Shown here in pieces: positions 17,754-22,826 of a DNA stretch of 32,000 bases. This DNA comes from Candidatus Jordarchaeales archaeon (GTDB taxonomy: Archaea > Asgardarchaeota > Jordiarchaeia > Jordiarchaeales > Freyrarchaeaceae): assembly GCA_038858525.1 (NCBI GenBank), contig JAWCFL010000011.1, forward strand, positions 25,284-57,283. Reading direction: 5' to 3'. A program made the translations under genes and the position numbers. The notes beneath the pieces were generated by a model, which had not been told where the DNA came from, ran no database searches, and worked only from the letters and a program-made list of their open reading frames with translations. Positions within the stretch are counted from its first letter, which is position 1. Every line of letters starts with the position of its first letter.

Positions 17754-18989
17754 CTACTCTGGAACCTCCTCGATGCATGGTAAAGCATCCACAAGGGCTC
17801 CATCGATCACAGGGCTTCCTCCATCCTTGAACCTGTTAGCAGCAACGAACACTGCCTGGTTGCAAAGCATACGAAGGTCACGCCCCACACCCATAGACTT
17901 TCGTTTCAAAGCAGGAACCGCATCCTCGGTGAAGGGGTGTATTTCAAAAGAGGACTCGTCAAACTCCTTAAGGCGGCCGCTAGCCCAATAAAGCCTCCTG
18001 CCGATAAATTCCCTGACGCCGCGCTCATCCAATGGTTCAAGCTCGATCTCCCAACATCTATCATAGAGGTGAGGGACGCCTTCCTTGAGACCTATAGCAT
18101 GAGTCTTCGTTCCAGTCAAAACGAGCATGCATATCATCTGATCCTCGTCGCCCTCCTCCGCAGCCCGCTTAATCGCATTAATCTCCCCCTCGTCAAGCTT
18201 CATTTTTTTAAGCTTAAGGAACCGCTTGAATTCATCTTCTTCTTCAACTACGAACCGCTTGGCGTCCTTCAGCGTTAAGTCGCCGACCTCCTTGATCTTA
18301 ATAAAGACCTCAACGTCGTTCTCGCCGAAATCATCTATGAATATCAACGTAAGATATCCACTCAAAAGATATCGAAGCATGATATCATACTTGACCAGCA
18401 CGTAAATGTCTTCAGCATTGGCCGATCGAGAATATGGAACCCTAAGTTTCTTCGCCAAAACCTCAGCCATCTGCCTCACATACAGCTTACTCTGAGACAC
18501 CATCACGGGATAGAAACGATACTCAGGGTCACCCTGCCTAGAAAGCTCTAGAAGGTCCCCGTAAATCAGCTCGAGAAGCGTCGTTTTACCCATGCCGGGA
18601 AACTCGCTCGTTATCAGTATATGCCGCTCCCTAGCCTTAATGTAATCATCGATCTCAACTATTACATCATGAGGAGCCACGAACAGTTCAGGGTCGCTTA
18701 ACCTCACACTCGAAAACGGGTTCCACCTCCACCCGAAGAAGGAGTAGTATGCATTTCTAATCTCAGCCACCGAAGGGTAGAGACGCCCAACAGCACCCAT
18801 ACGCTCCACACAACCACCTCCGACATCCGATATCGACAGCCGAAAAAGATACCAGAATCCAGATATCAAAACCAGAAAACGATACGCAAAATCTAAAGAG
18901 AAAAAACATCGTAATACGTAGAGAACACCAACAGAATACGAGAAATACGCGGGAAGGCCAGCTGCGATTGAAAAGGAACACGAGCTCAA
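17754..18989 (-). CDS. AAA+ P-loop ATPase, ExeA/AAA_22- and ORC-like, with a charged insertion
   Basis: FFGWRWNPFSS..DPELFV lead-in, Walker A EFPGMGKTTLLELI, Walker B LTLIFIDDFGE, LVLTGT, ELEPL and GVGRDLRMLCNQAV. The first 63 codons are hydrophobic and composition-driven, so an alternative start is ATG 18800 (MGAVGRLYP) behind GGAGGTGG. Confidence 0.7.
   Translation of the reverse strand: MSSCSFSIAAGLPAYFSYSVGVLYVLRCFFSLDFAYRFLVLISGFWYLFRLSISDVGGGCVERMGAVGRLYPSVAEIRNAYYSFFGWRWNPFSSVRLSDPELFVAPHDVIVEIDDYIKARERHILITSEFPGMGKTTLLELIYGDLLELSRQGDPEYRFYPVMVSQSKLYVRQMAEVLAKKLRVPYSRSANAEDIYVLVKYDIMLRYLLSGYLTLIFIDDFGENDVEVFIKIKEVGDLTLKDAKRFVVEEEDEFKRFLKLKKMKLDEGEINAIKRAAEEGDEDQMICMLVLTGTKTHAIGLKEGVPHLYDRCWEIELEPLDERGVREFIGRRLYWASGRLKEFDESSFEIHPFTEDAVPALKRKSMGVGRDLRMLCNQAVFVAANRFKDGGSPVIDGALVDALPCIEEVPE
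18353..18386. repeat. Three GATATC sites within 34 bp inside the ATPase coding sequence
   Basis: GATATC at 18353, 18368 and 18381. Confidence 0.4.
18821..18867. promoter_or_regulatory. GATATC-core sites upstream of the likely ATPase start
   Basis: CGACATCCGATATCGAC (GATATC 18829-18834) and CAGATATCA (18862-18867), just upstream of the alternative ATG at 18800. Confidence 0.45.
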
Positions 18990-19103
18990 GAAACACTAAG
19001 AGAGCTAAACGAGAACCAAGAGCGACGTAGGTTTACAAAAAAGTATACCCACAGGGAGCCTAAAGCAGAAGAGAACATCAAACGAAAAGGATAAATACCA
19101 GAA

Positions 19104-19124
19104 ATATGGAGGGAATACCTCCAT
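19104..19124 (-). terminator. Hairpin followed by a T-rich tract (candidate terminator of the 19184 gene)
   Basis: TATGGAGG-GAATA-CCTCCATA is a perfect 8-bp stem. On the minus strand it is followed by TTTCTGGTATTTATCCTTTTCGTTTG. Confidence 0.35.
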
Positions 19125-19161
19125 AAATAAGAAAGACGAAGAGCACAACAGTATTAGTTAC

Positions 19162-19181
19162 TTTGGAACATGTGTTCCAAA
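19162..19181. repeat. 20-bp palindrome TTTGGAACATGTGTTCCAAA (9-2-9), 2 nt past a stop codon
   Basis: The arms TTTGGAACA/TGTTCCAAA are perfect reverse complements. It sits immediately 3' of the 19184 gene on the minus strand. Confidence 0.6.
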
Positions 19182-19183
19182 AA

Positions 19184-19546
19184 TCACGACTTTTTGCTCT
19201 CCTTAAGCGCAGCATAAGAAGTAAGGAGGTCCACCCAAGATTTGAGAAAACCCTTGGCGAACCCCGCCCTCTCAGGAAGGTTTGAGGAGAAAACTTGCGC
19301 CAGAGAATCCAGATACTTCGCGTATCTCCTAGCGTCTTCTGCTGAGAGACCATTCATTAGTGAAACTATTAGGGAAATCTGGTTAAGTTTTTCAAGACCT
19401 GCAAGCCAACCTCGCCAGGCCAGCTCAACCCATTTATCTTTAAACCGTGATTCCTCCAAAGCTGCTTTAGCGATTTCAATGGCCTTCTTGTGATCGCCTT
19501 CAGCCAATGCTTTAACGAATTCTTCAACTTCACTCAAAACAACCAC
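19184..19546 (-). CDS. Hypothetical all-helical protein
   Basis: 120 aa with helical heptad-like sequence and no family recognised. GTG start about 15 nt downstream of a TTTTTATATATTT TATA-like box (19558-19570, minus strand), consistent with a near-leaderless mRNA. Confidence 0.45.
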   Translation of the reverse strand: MVVLSEVEEFVKALAEGDHKKAIEIAKAALEESRFKDKWVELAWRGWLAGLEKLNQISLIVSLMNGLSAEDARRYAKYLDSLAQVFSSNLPERAGFAKGFLKSWVDLLTSYAALKESKKS

Positions 19547-19620
19547 CCTGCTTAATTAAATATATAAAAAGACGACTAATTAAGATTTCCAGCAAAATGA
19601 CGATTTCAGCAATCGAAAAT

Positions 19621-19645
19621 GGATGTCGTAATCAGATATCGATAC
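19621..19645. promoter_or_regulatory. GATATC-core site upstream of the 19546 gene
   Basis: GGATGTCGTAATCAGATATCGATAC. Its reverse complement shares ATCGATATCTGA with 17729-17740 and CGACATCC with 18821-18828. Confidence 0.45.
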
Positions 19646-19848
19646 TTGAATTGCATTTTTTATTTTTGTTCAGTGCATGAAGTGCGACAAGCACCCCTTC
19701 GTTTCTACTGTAACAGGTAAACTTATAAATCACTAAGCTAAACTTGAGCTTTTTATACAAAAAACTTATATCTTCTAAGTCCCAAGTATTTTGGGGGAGA
19801 GTTTTAATTTTAAAAGTTTAATTAATAAACTTAAGAGAGTTTTACTTT

Positions 19849-19876
19849 TTCCAGTTGAAACAGTGGGGTGGGTGGG
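19849..19876 (+). promoter_or_regulatory. Origin recognition box (ORB-A): dyad plus G-string
   Basis: TTCCAGTTGAAACAGTGGGGTGGGTGGG, compared with the archaeal ORB pattern TTCCAGTGGAAAC...GGGG. Confidence 0.75.
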
Positions 19877-19890
19877 TTTCCTTCTTTTAT

Positions 19891-19910
19891 TTTGGAACAC
19901 ATGTTCTAAA
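19891..19910. repeat. Second copy of the 20-bp palindrome (inverted, 19/20)
   Basis: TTTGGAACACATGTTCTAAA. Its reverse complement differs from the 19162 copy at one base. It overlaps the stop codon (19906-19908) of the 19906 gene. Confidence 0.6.
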
Positions 19911-20193
19911 TGTTTTCTTCCTCTACAACTACAAAAACTCGGCACTTAACAATATCCTTGTATTTCTTGAAGAAAGCATTGAAGACTTCTGCGTGTTCAT
20001 CTTGAACTAGTATTGCGCTATCTCCTGCCCTGTCGCAACCATAGAAGTCCACAAGGCCTAATTTTTGCCCCTTTAATGTTTTTCCTTCCTTGTTTTTCCA
20101 TTTGTAGGCGTATCCGAAGAGTTCCTTGAAGAATTTCACCCTGCGCGGGTTACTCGAATGTTCCGCCTTTACGTCGTAGACGTATATTCTCAA
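19906..20193 (-). CDS. Hypothetical small protein, possible Cas2/VapD-like ferredoxin fold
   Basis: 95 aa. TTG start 6 nt after GGAGGG. MRIYVYDV...NPRRVKFFKELFGY...SAILVQDEHAEVFNAFFKKY..VKCRVFVVV suggests a beta-alpha-beta-beta-alpha-beta pattern with an Asp at the end of strand 1. The assignment is tentative. Confidence 0.45.
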   Translation of the reverse strand: MRIYVYDVKAEHSSNPRRVKFFKELFGYAYKWKNKEGKTLKGQKLGLVDFYGCDRAGDSAILVQDEHAEVFNAFFKKYKDIVKCRVFVVVEEENI

Positions 20194-20270
20194 AGTTTTC
20201 CCTCCATCAATACGTTGCAGCCATTCGTCTTTGAAGACTTGTATTTTCGTTGTCTTTTTGTGGTCAATAG

Positions 20271-20639
20271 CTTAACATGTTAACACAGTGTTAACATAGC
20301 CGTTTTGAGTTGTTAACACGTTGTTTTTGCTATGAATAATGCAAATTATCTTAGTTAAAAATTGACCCCTTTATTTCAACTGCAACATTTTTTTCGATAT
20401 TTTTCTCTTTCCTTTTCGTGTTAACACGGTTTGTTAACCTTTATTTAGAAAAAACAATGGAAAATTGTTTTTTTGAAGATTTACCGCTTTTTATTTCAAT
20501 TTTTCTTGTTAATACTTTTTAAAAATTCTCTTTGTCAAAAGATGGCGTATTTTTTCCTTTTTTTGTTCTTTTCGTGTTCGTCACGTTAACAAATTTACAC
20601 ATTATTTCTCTTTGTTTTTAACGCGTTGTTTTGTTAACG
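20271..20639. repeat. Array of TGTTAACA palindromes (GTTAAC core)
   Basis: Exact TGTTAACA at 20278, 20289, 20311 and 20419 (the last within the perfect 12-mer CGTGTTAACACG, 20417-20428). 7/8 copies at 20432, 20507, 20584 and 20632. Confidence 0.7.
20366..20385 (-). promoter_or_regulatory. Origin recognition box (inverted copy of the ORB-A sub-type)
   Basis: The minus strand reads TTGCAGTTGAAATAAAGGGG, which is 16/20 identical to ORB-A including the GGGG string. Confidence 0.6.
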
Positions 20640-20972
20640 TATTGCGTGTTTTAGGTGAACCATTTCCCCCTTTAGAAAATAACGTTTTTTTGCTGGCTTC
20701 AAAGTTTTTATGGACTCTTCTTTTAGCTTATCGTAGAAAGCGGCATATGTTCTGTTTTTCAGAGGGATTGAGCTGCGGGTTAATGTTCAAGTGTAAAGTG
20801 TTTGGTGTTGGCTCCTGAAAGCCCCTGAGGTTGTATTTTTGTGGGTGGAATGCATTAGTCTTGCAGTTTGATTATTCTGCTTTTTATGTGTTGCTGGTTG
20901 GAGTTGTTAAGGGTGTTTTTCGGGTGTAATAGATAGACATATATATTTACGCGTGTAAGTTTAACTTACCTC
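20386..20972. other. AT-rich, strongly T-skewed non-coding core (candidate duplex unwinding region)
   Basis: Dense T-runs on the plus strand and no credible ORF. It is flanked by the inverted ORB at 20366-20385 and ORB-B at 20973-21002. Confidence 0.55.
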
Positions 20973-21002
20973 GTTTCCAGTGGAAGGTGTGCTGGTTGGG
21001 GG
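20973..21002 (+). promoter_or_regulatory. Origin recognition box (ORB-B)
   Basis: GTTTCCAGTGGAAG-GTGTGCTGGTT-GGGGG: dyad plus G-string. Confidence 0.75.
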
Positions 21003-21466
21003 CGAAGCGCTACAAGATCGAGATAGTTGATGCCGAGCGCAACGTGAAGGCTACTTTGACTATTGAGGGTGATGTTTCCCCCCAGCTGGCGGCATCTCTT
21101 GTGGAGGAGCTTTCCGAGAAACTGTCTGAGGGCGGAGTGGCGGAGGAGGCACCTGCTGGGTTTGAGGCTTCCGAGGTTGACGCCGAGCTCCCCGACACTG
21201 AAAGTCTCTCGATGAAGGATAAAATTGAACTTGTACTGCTAAAGTATTTCCAGTATGGGTGGTTTACTTCTGGTGATGTTCATGAGCAGTTTACTCGGGT
21301 TTTTGGTGAGACCTCTCTAAGCGTGGTTTCAACATACTTGGCGAGGCTGCGTAGTGAGGGGCTCTTGGAGCGTAAGGGAACGAAAAAGCAGTATTATTAC
21401 CGGCTTAAGGAAAGTGGCCGGCTCAGGGCTTCTAGGCTTAGCGAGCTTCTTCAGCTTCTTCCGTGA
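20987..21466 (+). CDS. Hypothetical winged-helix DNA-binding protein with acidic N-terminal half, embedded in oriC
   Basis: 159 aa. The C-terminal FTSGDVHEQFTRVFGETSLSVVSTYLARLRSEGLLERKGTKKQYYYRL is a wHTH pattern. Start is GTG 20987 or TTG 20996, both inside an ORB whose GGAAGGTG doubles as the SD. Confidence 0.6.
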   Translation: MCWLGAKRYKIEIVDAERNVKATLTIEGDVSPQLAASLVEELSEKLSEGGVAEEAPAGFEASEVDAELPDTESLSMKDKIELVLLKYFQYGWFTSGDVHEQFTRVFGETSLSVVSTYLARLRSEGLLERKGTKKQYYYRLKESGRLRASRLSELLQLLP

Positions 21467-21487
21467 AGTTGCTTCTCGACCGAGTGT

Positions 21488-21500
21488 GTTTCCAGTGTAA
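21488..21500 (+). promoter_or_regulatory. mini-ORB (ORB-C)
   Basis: GTTTCCAGTGTAA, 12/13 identical to the dyads at 20973 and 21545, with no G-string. Confidence 0.55.
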
Positions 21501-21515
21501 TATTAATGGATATAT

Positions 21516-22826
21516 TTGCCGGAAGTTAAGCATTATTCACCTTTGTTTCCAGTGGAAGTAGGAAAAGTGGTGGTTTGTTTGGGTGAACGTTCTCTTGAGG
21601 CGCTTTTTGAAAGGTTTCTCTCAACCAAGATCTTCAAGAATCGTGACGTGTTGAGTCATACTTATGTTCCTGACGAGTTACCTCACCGTGACGAGCAAAT
21701 AGAGAAGGTTGGGTTAATTCTCGCCTCAGCTCTTAAGGGCGGCACTCCTTCGAACGTTTTCATTTATGGAAAGACGGGTACAGGTAAGACTGCTGTCGTA
21801 CGCTTCGTTCTTAAGCACCTTGTTGCTAAGTGTCACGAGCTGAATGTGCCTGCTCCCTTACCCGCTTACCTTAACTGTAGAATTGTAAACACTAATTATC
21901 GTGTTCTGGCTCGGCTTTGCTCCTACTTAGGTGTCGAGGTTCCCTTTACGGGTCTGCCTACCGATGAGGTTTACAGTAGGTTTAGGGACGTGCTTGATAG
22001 CAGGGACGTGTTGATGATAATCGTGCTCGACGAGGTTGAACGGTTAGTTGAGCGGGACGGTAGTAACGTCCTCTACGACCTAACTAGGATGAATCACACT
22101 GTTCTTAAGCGGGCGCGCGTCAGCATAATAGGCATCACGAATGACTTAACGTTCAAGGATAACCTTGATCCTAGAGTGCTGAGTAGCTTAGGGGAAGAAG
22201 AGCTAGTTTTCCCGCCTTACACTGCCGCTGAGCTCAGGGACATTCTTTGGCAGAGGGCTCAGCTTGCCTTCAGAGAGGGCGCTCTTGAAGGTCCAGGAGT
22301 CATCAATCTTTGCGCAGCTATAGCCGCTAAGGAGCACGGGGACGCCCGTCGCGCCCTAGACTTGCTTAGAGTCGCTGGCGAGATAGCTGAGCGGGAGGGC
22401 GCAGAAAAGGTTTCCGAAGAGCATGTGAGAGCCGCTCAACACGTCATCGAGCGAGATCACCTGGTTGAGGCACTGAGAACTCTCCCTATGCATTCTAAGC
22501 TTGTACTTTACACTATTTTTGAGTTGACTAAGCAGGGAAGGGGTAAAGCTAGGACCGGGGACATATACAACTACTACTTGAACGTTTGCAGGCGTCTACA
22601 TGTTGAGCCGTTAACTCAGAGGCGGGTTAGTAGCCTTATAAATGAGCTTGACATGCTGGGTGTCGTTGCGGCTCATCTTAAAAGCAGAGGACGCCATGGG
22701 CTCTCGAAAGAAGTGAAACTCAACGTTTCAGTAAATCAAGTCAAACAAGTCTTAGAGGAGGATTCATTCATAAAGAAGCTTTCATCCAGTGACTCGTCTC
22801 CTCTCTTTGAGGCTAGTCCCCAGTAA
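21516..22826 (+). CDS. cdc6: Orc1/Cdc6 replication initiator
   Basis: IFKNRDVLSHTYVPDELPHRDEQIEKV, Walker A IYGKTGTGKTA, Walker B IIVLDEVE, GDARRALDLLRVAGEIAE and a C-terminal wH (LTQRRVSSLINELDMLGVV). The true start is probably GTG 21567/21570 or TTG 21579 (after GGTGG), downstream of the ORB at 21545-21558. Confidence 0.93.
   Translation: MPEVKHYSPLFPVEVGKVVVCLGERSLEALFERFLSTKIFKNRDVLSHTYVPDELPHRDEQIEKVGLILASALKGGTPSNVFIYGKTGTGKTAVVRFVLKHLVAKCHELNVPAPLPAYLNCRIVNTNYRVLARLCSYLGVEVPFTGLPTDEVYSRFRDVLDSRDVLMIIVLDEVERLVERDGSNVLYDLTRMNHTVLKRARVSIIGITNDLTFKDNLDPRVLSSLGEEELVFPPYTAAELRDILWQRAQLAFREGALEGPGVINLCAAIAAKEHGDARRALDLLRVAGEIAEREGAEKVSEEHVRAAQHVIERDHLVEALRTLPMHSKLVLYTIFELTKQGRGKARTGDIYNYYLNVCRRLHVEPLTQRRVSSLINELDMLGVVAAHLKSRGRHGLSKEVKLNVSVNQVKQVLEEDSFIKKLSSSDSSPLFEASPQ
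21545..21558 (+). promoter_or_regulatory. mini-ORB (ORB-D) overlapping the cdc6 5' region
   Basis: GTTTCCAGTGGAAG, identical to the ORB-B dyad. It lies about 30 nt downstream of a TATA-like ATATATTT (21509-21516) and upstream of the likely cdc6 start. Confidence 0.7.

Larger units (their letters stand above)
19849..21558. other. Chromosomal replication origin (oriC) region: ORB elements plus AT/T-rich core, adjacent to orc1/cdc6
   Basis: Five ORB/mini-ORB matches (listed separately), a long non-coding T-rich tract at 20194-20986, and the immediately adjacent cdc6 and PolD genes, as at characterised archaeal origins. Confidence 0.8.

Noticed and set aside
19776-19800. TCCCAAGTATTTTGGGGG considered as an additional degenerate ORB.
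   Set aside because: Only the G-string and a few dyad bases match. The similarity is too weak to call without a position-weight model.
20612-20818. A 68-aa ORF inside the T-rich origin core.
   Set aside because: It has no SD, its Phe/Leu-rich translation is driven by T-richness, and it overlaps the palindrome array. It is most likely non-coding.
20194-20986. The repeat-rich non-coding tract considered as a possible CRISPR array.
   Set aside because: The repeats are only 8-12 bp, irregularly spaced and palindromic. There are no 25-40 bp direct repeats with unique spacers and no cas genes in the window.
16758-21466. The orphan-gene block considered as an integrated plasmid, virus or transposon.
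   Set aside because: No integrase, transposase, capsid or replication-primase gene was seen. The left end overlaps the hypF stop by 4 nt in a convergent arrangement. There are no flanking direct repeats, the tRNA gene is 7 kb away, and composition does not look different by eye. It remains possible as an ancient remnant only.
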